DNA of 62,659 bases, filler included, from Corallochytrium limacisporum Hawaii (taxonomy: Eukaryota > Protista > Pluriformea), in the NCBI GenBank assembly GCA_002811645.1. It is 4 parts of 4 records of this genome, joined end to end, with 100 filler letters (N's around TTAATTAATTAA, not from the genome) between each part and the next. Parts side by side here need not be neighbours in the genome. Positions count along the whole stretch, not along the records: positions 1 to 31,424 come from PDIP01000116.1; 3 more parts are not named here. One strand, given 5' to 3'. The notes beneath the pieces were generated by a model that was not told where the DNA came from, searched no databases, and was given only the letters and a program-made list of their open reading frames with translations. Below, piece by piece: positions 12,782 to 22,750 of the stretch (the stretch's first letter is position 1; every line of letters starts with the position of its first letter). Position numbers and translations under genes: made by a program.

Positions 12782-14620
12782 ATGGGCCAGACCGAACAAA
12801 TCACGCCGCGCACGAAAGCACGGCTTCTGAGGTTTGCAGATCTGAACGAAGAACAGAATCGGACATTGACTGAAAAGAACAAAGAGTATGGTAGGGCACT
12901 TGTGGATGCCGAGGACCACGGCATGGATCCACCTACTCCGGATAGCACAGCAGAAGAAATCTACCGCCATCCTGTGGGAACGGATGTGCTGAGACGGGGA
13001 AGTCATCCGTTTGGAATCAAACCCCTAGGCAACGTATACGATATTGGAGGACCCGCAGTGGCACTGCGGCGCAGGAGGGAATCGCTGGGTGCTTTGGCAG
13101 TACTTTCGGACGAGCTTCTCGTGGAAATCTTGGGATTGTTGGACAATGGTCAGGATATGGCGCAGTTTATGGAAGCTTCAAAGTATTGCTATGCCTATGG
13201 TGGACAGGAAGATCTGTGGCGGAATCTGAATTTCATGAACGATGGGCAGACGTTGGGACGATTCATCTACTCACCACCAAATTGGCGTCATACTTACATT
13301 CACCGCTACACGCGACATCAATTGCAGAAGCAAAATGTCAGCGAAAGGAAGAGCGTAGATGAACAGGAAGTGATAGAGCGGTGTAGCTATTGTCGGACAG
13401 GATCTCAGTCCCTGGCGCGTGCGACCGCTGACGATCTGTGTAGTCGACTGCTGTTCACGCCCTGGCACTACGCATCCCTCGCTCTGAGCACGAACTGGCG
13501 CGGCGGTGCTTACGATAAGATTCCCAAAGTCAAAGGACTAAGCGTGGAAGAATTTCACAGCCGCTATGGACAACCAAACAAGCCGGTTGTTCTGCAAGAC
13601 GCCATGGATGAATGGGCCATTAAAGAATCGTGGGCGGTGGATGGAAGCGCCATAGTTTCCGAAAATAATGCCAGCAAATCTTGGCTTGAAACGTACGCAA
13701 AGGAAGTGTTGTTTGAGGCTGAAGGTGCGCAGATAGCTCTAGCAGATTTCCTCACTTACAGCCGGACATGCATAGAAGAGAGTCCACTGTATCTTTTCTG
13801 CAAAGATTTCATCAAACGTGCACCAAAAATGGCTGAAGGCTGGGAGGTACCCCCTTACTTTCGACGTGATCTCTTTGCAGTGCTCGGTGAGAGGCGTCCG
13901 GACTATCGTTGGCTCATTGTTGGTCCGGCGCGCAGTGGCTCGACCTTCCACAAGGATCCGAATGCCACCAGTGCCTGGAACGCAGTGGTCAAAGGGCGTA
14001 AGCTGTGGGTCATGTTCCCCCCATCTGTGAAGGCACCACCAGGCGTCATACCAAGCGAAGACGGCAGCAATGTATCCACCCCGCTCAGCGTCCTAGAATG
14101 GTTTGATCAGTACTATCCCCTATGCGCAGACCTTCCACCGCATGAACAGCCGATCGAGTGCATATGTGAGGAAGGTGAGCTCATGTTTATTCCGCATGGT
14201 TGGTGGCATGCAGTGCTCAATTTGGACTTTAGTATTGCCCTTACCCAGAACTATGTGGATGAGCACAACTTAGCCAACGTTCTACACTTCCTACGGCATC
14301 AGAAGAATGCTATATCTGGTCTGGGCTGCGGTGACCTGGAGACACAGAAGCGCGTAGATGGCATTGCGGAGGAATTTGAGCAGGCCTTGCGGATCCATTC
14401 ATCTCAGACTCAAGAGTGGCTTGAGGGTGCACTGCGGGACCTGGCATCGCGGGAGCGAGTAGTGCTAGATCACGGATCTGCAGAGAAGGCAGCAGTGAAA
14501 CGCCGCAAGGTCGACGAGGGCCAGGGAGACAGTGCCAACGATACCATCAAATCAAGTGCATGGGAGGCACTGACCGCAGATGCACATAATGATAGTGAAG
14601 AGTTTTCCTTTGGCTTTTAG
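12782..14620 (+). CDS. F-box plus JmjC-domain protein (JMJD6/PSR-like 2-oxoglutarate oxygenase)
   Basis: F-box-like LAVLSDELLVEILGLL. JmjC motifs RPDYRWLIVGPARSGSTFHKDPNATSAWN and GELMFIPHGWWHAVLN. C-terminal FSFGF. Confidence 0.93.
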   Translation: MGQTEQITPRTKARLLRFADLNEEQNRTLTEKNKEYGRALVDAEDHGMDPPTPDSTAEEIYRHPVGTDVLRRGSHPFGIKPLGNVYDIGGPAVALRRRRESLGALAVLSDELLVEILGLLDNGQDMAQFMEASKYCYAYGGQEDLWRNLNFMNDGQTLGRFIYSPPNWRHTYIHRYTRHQLQKQNVSERKSVDEQEVIERCSYCRTGSQSLARATADDLCSRLLFTPWHYASLALSTNWRGGAYDKIPKVKGLSVEEFHSRYGQPNKPVVLQDAMDEWAIKESWAVDGSAIVSENNASKSWLETYAKEVLFEAEGAQIALADFLTYSRTCIEESPLYLFCKDFIKRAPKMAEGWEVPPYFRRDLFAVLGERRPDYRWLIVGPARSGSTFHKDPNATSAWNAVVKGRKLWVMFPPSVKAPPGVIPSEDGSNVSTPLSVLEWFDQYYPLCADLPPHEQPIECICEEGELMFIPHGWWHAVLNLDFSIALTQNYVDEHNLANVLHFLRHQKNAISGLGCGDLETQKRVDGIAEEFEQALRIHSSQTQEWLEGALRDLASRERVVLDHGSAEKAAVKRRKVDEGQGDSANDTIKSSAWEALTADAHNDSEEFSFGF

Positions 14621-14687
14621 AGCTTGCTGAATCGATCAACACGTTAGTATTGTGTTATGTATAGTTTTGTTCTAGGTCTCAATTTGT

Positions 14688-17486
14688 TTACATGATATTA
14701 CAGGAGAGACTGCTGCTATGATCATCGGCCAACCTCACCTGATTGAACAGGTTGGTAACCGTTCGCAGTCGTTTAACGGTGTCTGTAGTCTCAACCAGTG
14801 GGTATTTCATGTGGTCATGCAATGGTAAGAGGGCGAGCAACCAGAGACCCATTTTCTCAGGATCCTCGCCCGGCACCTCACCAAATCTCTCGCGGAAGGC
14901 GTCATCGTCTGTACCATCACCAAGCATGTTACCAATATGAGAAGCAATCTCACGGGCATGATCCATGTACTGCTGCACGTCGTCCTCATTCGGATCCACA
15001 GGATCGTCCTGGATCCACTCGACCTCGCCAACGTGATAACCGTCTTTCATACCGCGTTCAATCACCTTGAAGCGACGCACGCCGACACAATCCACCAGCG
15101 ACCGACCGTCAGGCAGCATGGTCAGGTTACGAATATACAGAAGAACACCAACGTCCATGAATGATCCAGCGGGAGATGGCAGACACATTCCAAATTGACG
15201 AGTGCCAGTTTCCACACATCGCCGCATCATCAAGCGGTACCGCGGTTCAAAGATGTGGAGTGGACAAGGAATGCCCGGGTAGGCCAAAGTGCATACGAAC
15301 AAGGGGATGTTCTGTGATGTTTCTTCTTCCTCTTCGTACTGTTTGGTGCGTTCCTCATATTCTTTATCAAAGCGCATCTTGATGAACTGCTCGAGCACGC
15401 GGTTCACACCGTGTCGCTCGGTGAGGTATCCCGGCAGCTCGCTGCGGCAGAATGGACAGCTAGAGCTATGGTCAAGGGTACGACTCAGACATCCGCGACA
15501 GTATGTGTGCCCGCAGGACGTTGTTGTGGGCATGTGCAACAGATTCAGACAGAGCTGGCATTCCAAGTCGGTCCTGGCATCCTCTGGGTGATACACACTA
15601 GCACTGTCGTACAGCCTTCTGCGTTTGCTAGGAGAAGGAGGTGGGTGCCCAATCGCCCCGGAGGACGTACCATCGTCAGTGGGTTTGCCATATATGTCCA
15701 TCAGGGCGCTCAATGAAATTTTGCACGTCGCATCTCCGGTGCGATGGTACAATTGAGCAAGACGCTGGAGACAGATCATAACCGTGTTGAGTGTGCGGCG
15801 CATGGCACCGCCAAGGAGATGGCCGTTCATGGCCTGTGTTAGCGCGCTCTTCGCAGTCGCAATTTGCTCACCTGTGGACATTGTAGGATCGGAATAGCTA
15901 TGCTTGACTAAAGCTTGTGCCAGGGCAAGTTGTCCCTTGCCATTCCGCGGCTGCTTTTTGATGGCATCTTGGGCAAAGGAAGTGCCTTTCTCAGTGTTGC
16001 CGATCTTTGTATTAACCAATGATCGTGTAACGTCCGTGTACTGCGATCCTGGAAATAGCTCTGCTGCACGGTCTAATTCCTCCAAGGCCTTCAAGACTTT
16101 CGCGCGAATACGTAACCGCTCTTCATCTGGCATGGAGAACGATGCGTTGGTGATGGTGTTGTTACGATTGCTTTCAAGGGTTCTGGTTGATACAGCTGCA
16201 CTGCTGTTGCTTTCCATCGTCTTACTTTGCTGCGAAATGTTTGTGCCATCCGTGGATGGATGAACGGGCGCATCCTTCAATATGTCGTGCAGGATCTGCA
16301 ACTCCGAATAGAGATCCGCAGCCAAAAAGTTGCGCTCATGGGCCCTGACATACCGCCTGCTGAAGCGATCCCGGATAAGCTGTTCCTCTGCACTCATAGA
16401 CGTAGTTGACCGAATACTATCCGTGCGAGTACGAGCCCTGTTTATTTCTGGGCCCGTTCCTGTCCCTTCAGTCGCTGTGTGATCCTCTGTTCCCTCGGTA
16501 GTTGGGTCCTCCTGCGGCTCTTGGTCGTCTTCTGCCCGGTGATCCGCTTCTGCTTCCTGCTCACTGTCTTCGTCATTGACATCTGCAGCCAGCCGAACGA
16601 GATCTGAGGTGAGGCCACTGAGCTGTGTTGATCCGTTGCCCGTAGCCTCCTGGATGCGCTGCAATATTGCAGTGATAGCACTTTGCATGACGGGCCGCCC
16701 GTTGGTAGCAGAAGCGGAGGCCCCTGATCCCTTTCGACACGTTGTCCACGCTAGTTCATGCCGCGTGAGCTCATTGTTGACATCAAATAGAATATTATAA
16801 GCTTGTCCTTCACTGGGAAAGGCCTTTTCAATCACCAACTTCAAGGTCACACAGCTGGAACTTCCGAAAGTATAGGGTAGCAGTGAGTTGCAAATTTCGC
16901 AGGTGCGGCTGCGCCAGGGCTCATCAATGCAAGTTCTGCAGAATGTATGTCCACAGAGTGCTGTCACTGGGTCAAAGAGAAGATTTGAGCACTTAAGACA
17001 CTCAAAGGCATTGATGTCCTGCTCTCTGCTGTCCAGTGGATTCTTGTGAATCAGTTGATGGGCCTCTGCATGTTTCCGCAAACGGTCCCTGAGTAGTACA
17101 GCCATCACGGTCATTGGCATGCTTAGTGCATGGAGATCGATAGCACGGTCAGCCTTTGGCACGAACGCATTGAAAAGATCTTCAAATGCCTCGTCAAATC
17201 GTTCCATGCGACGAAGACATTCTCCCCGTTCACTCTGTAGCTCAATCAACAGCTGCTCCTTCTCCCACACAGAGATACTGCCTTCCCGGGCCTGGGCCTC
17301 AACCTTGGCCTTCTCTCCTGAGATTCGTTCAAGGGCCTGTGAGTATTCCTTGGCTGCGTAATGTGCCCTCAAGTCTTCAACGATGGCCATGAAACCGATA
17401 TCACTGCGAGGGGTAGCAGGTTCGGCAGGAGAGTCATCCCCATCTTGACCAGCATTTTTGGGTCGTGACTTCCTGGGGTCTGCCAT
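14688..17486 (-). CDS. LONRF: LON peptidase N-terminal domain and RING finger protein (TPR-RING-TPR-RING-LON)
   Basis: Two C3HC4 RINGs (CLKC...CGHTFCRTC and CQLC...CGHTYCRGC...CPFCR). LON substrate-binding domain PLHIFEPRYRLMMRRC, LPDGRSLVDCVGVRRF. Confidence 0.93.
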   Translation of the reverse strand: MADPRKSRPKNAGQDGDDSPAEPATPRSDIGFMAIVEDLRAHYAAKEYSQALERISGEKAKVEAQAREGSISVWEKEQLLIELQSERGECLRRMERFDEAFEDLFNAFVPKADRAIDLHALSMPMTVMAVLLRDRLRKHAEAHQLIHKNPLDSREQDINAFECLKCSNLLFDPVTALCGHTFCRTCIDEPWRSRTCEICNSLLPYTFGSSSCVTLKLVIEKAFPSEGQAYNILFDVNNELTRHELAWTTCRKGSGASASATNGRPVMQSAITAILQRIQEATGNGSTQLSGLTSDLVRLAADVNDEDSEQEAEADHRAEDDQEPQEDPTTEGTEDHTATEGTGTGPEINRARTRTDSIRSTTSMSAEEQLIRDRFSRRYVRAHERNFLAADLYSELQILHDILKDAPVHPSTDGTNISQQSKTMESNSSAAVSTRTLESNRNNTITNASFSMPDEERLRIRAKVLKALEELDRAAELFPGSQYTDVTRSLVNTKIGNTEKGTSFAQDAIKKQPRNGKGQLALAQALVKHSYSDPTMSTGEQIATAKSALTQAMNGHLLGGAMRRTLNTVMICLQRLAQLYHRTGDATCKISLSALMDIYGKPTDDGTSSGAIGHPPPSPSKRRRLYDSASVYHPEDARTDLECQLCLNLLHMPTTTSCGHTYCRGCLSRTLDHSSSCPFCRSELPGYLTERHGVNRVLEQFIKMRFDKEYEERTKQYEEEEETSQNIPLFVCTLAYPGIPCPLHIFEPRYRLMMRRCVETGTRQFGMCLPSPAGSFMDVGVLLYIRNLTMLPDGRSLVDCVGVRRFKVIERGMKDGYHVGEVEWIQDDPVDPNEDDVQQYMDHAREIASHIGNMLGDGTDDDAFRERFGEVPGEDPEKMGLWLLALLPLHDHMKYPLVETTDTVKRLRTVTNLFNQVRLADDHSSSLSCNIM

Positions 17487-19995
17487 CGTCCCTCTTGATA
17501 TCGGCTATGGCTGTAATATACTAAACTCCACTCTAGAGTGTTTGTGGTGCACCTATGTGATCACCATCTCTTTTGATTTACCGTTGACAGTCAAGGCGCT
17601 CGCACCTCCAAATCAAACTATAGCACATGACCTTGAATGTCGCTGTATTACAACAAAAATCTTTTCAGAAGTACCCACACAACGGAAAAGGGTTGTGTGA
17701 TCAGCAGAGCTGGGCAGTGCGTCAATAAGGACGAACGCTGACGCTGGTTCATCTCTCCTTCCGATGCAAGTCGGGCACCAGATGGAGACTGCTGCACATC
17801 ACCGGGACACCGCCATCCCAGAGGAGCCGGGGGTGTGCCCAATGCCAGCCAAGTGGTCGCGTCCGAATGGTATCTCCCAGTTTATCCCCCCTGCCGCTAC
17901 AGCCTTGCATGAAGGGGTTTCCGCCGGTGTCTGCAGTACCCCACACTCGCCAGCAGCGGTCCCCGTCGGTCAGGTGCCGTCAGGGGCTCGAATCCGAACT
18001 AAACTGCTGCCACAGCTCGGTACGATACCCAGTGTGGGCCTATTCTCTCACTATTGAATTGCAGCTGGAAGGGGAAAGGAAAATTTAGGGGCTGTTCCTC
18101 GCTATCTCCTCCCGGGCGGGACTACAGTATTCTACGGGCCCGGCTTAGGTTGTCGTCTGAACGAGGAGTGTGCTAAAGCGGGGCCCAAAAGAGGGGGGTA
18201 GGGGGGAGTGTGAGAGGCGGGAGTGAGCCTTGCCGAGATTATGTGGGTCTCACTTTCTTCTGCAACATCATTAGCTAATTAGTGATCCCATGTTAGGGTA
18301 ATCAGCTATAAAGTCTCTGCAAGTTGAGCGGGCTGCTGATATTTTGGGTTTAGTCCTGGTAAGGGGTCTGCAGTTTGTGCGTGGGTGTGATGATGTGGCC
18401 TGCAGTCAGGGACGGTAATCTCTACCATGGCCGGATAGGCAAGTATGGAAAGCATTGTTCTCTGTGTGTACATACACGCTGAGAGAAGCAGGTGCTATCA
18501 ACAACACTTTGGTGATGTGAAAGCAGGATGAGAAGTCCCAGCAGGCAATGTGAAAACTGCAGAATCTGCGTGGGGAAGGCAAGACATGCCCAGCGTGCAG
18601 GAGCAGCAGGCTGGGTTTGGTTCGGAGCGGGCAAATTCCTGACCGGGCTGCGGGAAGAAAAAAGTTACTCATTCATATCAATTCAAAAAACATATAGAGT
18701 ACACATAGCACAAAAGCACACGGATATACACTCATGAATGAATCGGTCACCAAAGCTATGCTGTCCAAAATTTGCAATTCGCGGAGAGAGCCGATGCAAC
18801 TGTGTCTCATTTCCGTGCACAGGGGCGTGCTCAATGTATAATGTGACGATAACACAAACAACCGGGCCAACCGTGGCTACTCCCGATATGATCCAATGGC
18901 TACTACAGTCGACAAACCAAACACAGGTCAACACGGACCAATTGCCTCCACTCGCCCGGGCCCTCCGGCCGTCGTTACCGCAAAAGACTGTGGTACCAGC
19001 GCGACAAATGGCCAATATTTCTTCACTTTCTTCTAATATTTTTTCCCGTCTTCTCTCCCCGCACGATGCCCCCGGCGAAAACACGCAGGATAAATCCAGC
19101 CGGCGGAAGTTTGCCCGTACTGGTCTTATGGGAACTTGCTCTCTTGGAGGTGATATGGGAAATTGGACAGGTATCCCCTGAACAAACCCCAATCCGTACT
19201 CTGTTCTCAACCGGGGAAGTGAGGAACCCGCAGCCCCAAAGTTCGGCACAACCTTCGAAGCTCTTTGTTTGCTCCGCCAAGTTTTGGGAACAATAAACAG
19301 CCATTGAGTTCGAGTGGTTCCATACTGAAAGTGCTGGATATGCAATCCGATGTTGTCTTAGGTTTAGCCATTCCTCCGTCTGCCGTAGGGTCGCTGTGTT
19401 GTGCACCACGGTGGTAACTCACCCGATCGCTGAGTTGCGGAACAAGTCGCTTGGGTGTGTTTCGCTTGTGGGTGTGTATGTTTGTGCGTAGGAAAGGGAA
19501 AAAGAACGGTTGGTCTGACCCCGGCAGAAGTGGGCAAGTTTGGGCAAAGTGTAGCCGCCTCGGCTTGTGTTTTGATCGAACGGTAGGGACTGCGCAGCGG
19601 TTCCCATTCCGTCAGTACTGTAGAGGTTGTGGAGTCGGTGTGGTATGGAATAAGCAAAAAAAATAACTCACCGCGTACACAACTCGTGGCAGGGATTTGT
19701 AGGACACAACAGCGCTGCGGTAGGATATGACTCTTGCGCCGGTAGGTATCATCTGGGCGTGCTTTTGGCAGTCCAAAGTACACTTCAGGGTAGGTGTCAC
19801 GAGCAATGTGACCTACGAGATTGTTCCATGATTTCTGCAAAGCTTGTAACAAAATCATCAAAGTGAGCAGAAAGGTTCTTGAGGCTTGAGACTTTACACA
19901 ACTTGGAAATGATGCCTCCCTATCATCAAATCAGAAGAAAGAACATCAAAACAGAAAGGTTAATTCTGTAAGAAGTTTCATAACAATCAATCAAA

Positions 19996-21075
19996 ATGCC
20001 AAGTGTAGAAGCGGACATGGCGCAAATGACCACTGCGGTTCATGACATCAAAACCCAGGTCTACAAACTTAGTAGGCAGAAGCCCAAGGGTGATATCTTC
20101 ATGCCCAAGGATCTGATGCCGTTCCTGGAACAGCTGTACGAGCTAGATGTCAAGTTGACAGAAGAAGCAGATTCCCATCCCGAGAACAAGAAAGCAGCTA
20201 AGAGTGCAAAGGCTATTCAACACCAGATTGACACTGTGTATGCCAAGATCTGGTCCATGTTGCATGATACTACTCGCGTCGATCCCAGCGCTAGGCCCGT
20301 GGTCGGTCGCCTGCACGAACTATTTGTTCAGCTCCATGACCTCAGCAAACGCGCCTACACGGAAGCTGATGTGCGCGTCTTGCAGGAGCAATTGGTGGAC
20401 ATTGAATCCGGTATGAAGGATGGTAAATTCGTAAACGAGGATGGAGAGATCGTGGAAGGCCAAGCCGTGATTCGGTCCCTGTTGCACTACTGCTTCCGCG
20501 AGGCCCACAACATGCTAATCAAGCTGGAGAGTGTGGATCCTGCCATGCAGCCCACTATGGACAAGGTTGGTGCGATCCGTCGGGCATTGCGTCGAATTCA
20601 TGACAACAGTGATACCATTCCTAACTTGGACCCTCTGAAGCACTCGCTGGATGAGATCGACAGCGAGCGAGATGCTACTGGTTCCTTCCGCATGCAGGAC
20701 GAAATGGGTGAGTGGTTCCTGCCTGCAGGCCAGGCCATGGTCAGTGAGATGCTGGACGACTGCTACGGAATCCTCTATGAATTGCAGTGGTTGCAGGAAG
20801 CCCTGGATAAGGACCTCTTCCTGAAGCACCAAGAACTAATGCAGATTGTCAGCGATTTGCGTAACTGTGACCGTACGGGAGTATTCACTGGCCAGCACAT
20901 CCGGGAGCTGCAGCAGGGACTGCAGACCATTGACAACGAACGGGTAGATGGCAAATGGATGATCCAAGGCCGTTCCGATGTGCCCAAAGGCCAGGCCGAA
21001 CTCACCATGCTACTCGAGGAGGGATTTGAAATTGCGCACAAACTCATCCAGATTCCTGCCAGCATGACTGGTTAG
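19996..21075 (+). CDS. DUF2408 (yeast Cub1/YPL260W-like) repeat protein
   Basis: Three internal repeats of L..ID..R.dGkF......pxGQA....LL..c. Strong aaaATG start context. Confidence 0.75.
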   Translation: MPSVEADMAQMTTAVHDIKTQVYKLSRQKPKGDIFMPKDLMPFLEQLYELDVKLTEEADSHPENKKAAKSAKAIQHQIDTVYAKIWSMLHDTTRVDPSARPVVGRLHELFVQLHDLSKRAYTEADVRVLQEQLVDIESGMKDGKFVNEDGEIVEGQAVIRSLLHYCFREAHNMLIKLESVDPAMQPTMDKVGAIRRALRRIHDNSDTIPNLDPLKHSLDEIDSERDATGSFRMQDEMGEWFLPAGQAMVSEMLDDCYGILYELQWLQEALDKDLFLKHQELMQIVSDLRNCDRTGVFTGQHIRELQQGLQTIDNERVDGKWMIQGRSDVPKGQAELTMLLEEGFEIAHKLIQIPASMTG

Positions 21076-21538
21076 ATTATCAAAGGCAAAGATCCGTTGG
21101 AGGTGAACTCGGAAAAGTTCCGTTATGGAATATTTCAATTGAGATGTCAGTGCAAAATCAAGTTCAGATTATACAAGCACAAGCGTCATAGTCCAAGATC
21201 AAAACCCATAGGTTTACAGACGAGCAAAACAAATGAAAAAGAAATACACAAAACGGTAAGAAACGTAACATGGCAAGTCAGCCACGACGCATTCCCTGTT
21301 GCTGTAACATCCGATGTACGTGCTTTATTGGGTTCGGAAGGTTGGCGTGGAGTGACAATCAATCACATGTCATGTAATGAGTGCTTTTTAAAGATGATGC
21401 TGGAAAAATTCAATGTTAAGCTATGAATGGAAAGAATGTTAAGTGCTTGGTTTGGGTAGTCCGACAGGAGTGCTGTCCGTATGGAACAAACTGGACACAG
21501 ACCACTCGGCTGTACTCAGGAGGTGTTGTCGTTGTCGT

Positions 21539-22309
21539 TTAGTCAGTACTCCCCCGGCTGGAAGCTGCAGGGCTCCACGTCTTAGAAGAGGAAGCGTCTG
21601 AGGCTTCTGCAGCGAAGGCACTGACAGCAGCTGAAACAATGGCCTCCTGCCTGGCCTCGACCTCCTTGGCCACTGGGCTGATCTTCTTCATAGTTGGGTC
21701 CTTGCAGACGTAGCCACGCGAGCTAAAGTAGCCAGGGCCGTAGGTGTAGAATAGCTCTTCACCAGCTTTGATATTGCGAATTGCGTACAGAGCATGGCTC
21801 CATCCAAACTTGTAGTCAGCGCGCATGCGAATGTTGCGGAAGGCCGGGGACGAGTGGTTGATGAAGCGGGTCCAATTGGAGTGAACACCCTGCCACACTC
21901 CCTTAGTGCCGTCTTTAAAGGTTTTGGCCTTGATGTCTTCACCCTTAATGATACGGCCATCGAAGGTCATTAGAAGACCCTCCGGATCAGCAGCGTCACG
22001 ACCACCTGGCTCACCCTCGAAAAGATAGTCCGAATCCTCATTCTCCTTACCACCGCGCTTACCGATGTAGTATCCAACAACAGTGCCACGCTTGATAGGC
22101 ACCAGCGTGTAGGCACCACCACCACCGACCTTGATTTGAGACTGCGCGATGACAACATTTTTGCTGATGTAGTCGGCAGACTCGAGGTACTTACGGTAGC
22201 GCCAGCGGTGAGAGTTCTTGCTGGGCTGCAAATCCGCAGTGGATAACGACTTGGTGCCCTTTTTGCTGCCTCCCTTGAGAGATTTCTCTTTCATGACAGC
22301 AGCAGACAT
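21539..22309 (-). CDS. Small stand-alone SET-domain lysine methyltransferase
   Basis: GGGAYTLVPIKRGTVVGYYIG, WTRFINHS, IKAGEELFYTYGPGYF. No pre-SET or post-SET Cys clusters. Lys-rich N-terminus. Confidence 0.9.
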   Translation of the reverse strand: MSAAVMKEKSLKGGSKKGTKSLSTADLQPSKNSHRWRYRKYLESADYISKNVVIAQSQIKVGGGGAYTLVPIKRGTVVGYYIGKRGGKENEDSDYLFEGEPGGRDAADPEGLLMTFDGRIIKGEDIKAKTFKDGTKGVWQGVHSNWTRFINHSSPAFRNIRMRADYKFGWSHALYAIRNIKAGEELFYTYGPGYFSSRGYVCKDPTMKKISPVAKEVEARQEAIVSAAVSAFAAEASDASSSKTWSPAASSRGSTD

Positions 22310-22345
22310 GGTTTCTTTGGTTGAACTTTGTAGAAAGCCTTAAAA

Positions 22346-22750
22346 TTACTTGAGATCAGCGAGTCCGGCTTCAAGGCTGGTTGCTAAGCTGTCTGCTCTT
22401 GCTCTGATATTGCCAACGGGAACAAGAGTGCTTTGAGAGTACACGACAAGTAGAAAACCAAAAGTGTCACAGACCTTTCGGCAAACACAGCAGGCACCTT
22501 CGGGTTCGTCAAATACAAGGATAAACTCCTCCAATTCTTGGGAGAGATACTTTGATCCGTTGTTACGGTAGCTGTGCCAGATGTGGTTTACAATGGCTGC
22601 ACTTAACGCTTCGTCACGCTTGCTGTCACCTCCGTAGGCAATAACCGATCCTTCGTTATCAAGAAGAACTGCAGTGACAGTGTCTTGCTCGGTGTCTTTA
22701 TTGGTGTTCACCTCACCCAAAAAGTTAGAGATGGCCTTGGCCCTTAACAT
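22346..22750 (-). CDS. LAMTOR2: Ragulator complex protein LAMTOR2 (p14, roadblock fold)
   Basis: MLRAKAISNFL..VNT, VLLDNEGSVIAYGG and AAIVNHIWHSYRNNG match LAMTOR2 (MLRPKAL...LLLNNEGSLLAY...AAIASNIW..Y..NG). The only ATG is at 22750. Confidence 0.88.
   Translation of the reverse strand: MLRAKAISNFLGEVNTNKDTEQDTVTAVLLDNEGSVIAYGGDSKRDEALSAAIVNHIWHSYRNNGSKYLSQELEEFILVFDEPEGACCVCRKVCDTFGFLLVVYSQSTLVPVGNIRARADSLATSLEAGLADLK

Noticed and set aside
18105-18144. Minus-strand GCCGGGC...CTGTAGTCCC...CGGGAGG resembling the 7SL/Alu 5' domain
   Set aside because: A TTTT follows about 20 nt later and no SRP helix-8 motif is visible downstream. Treated as chance GC-rich promoter sequence.
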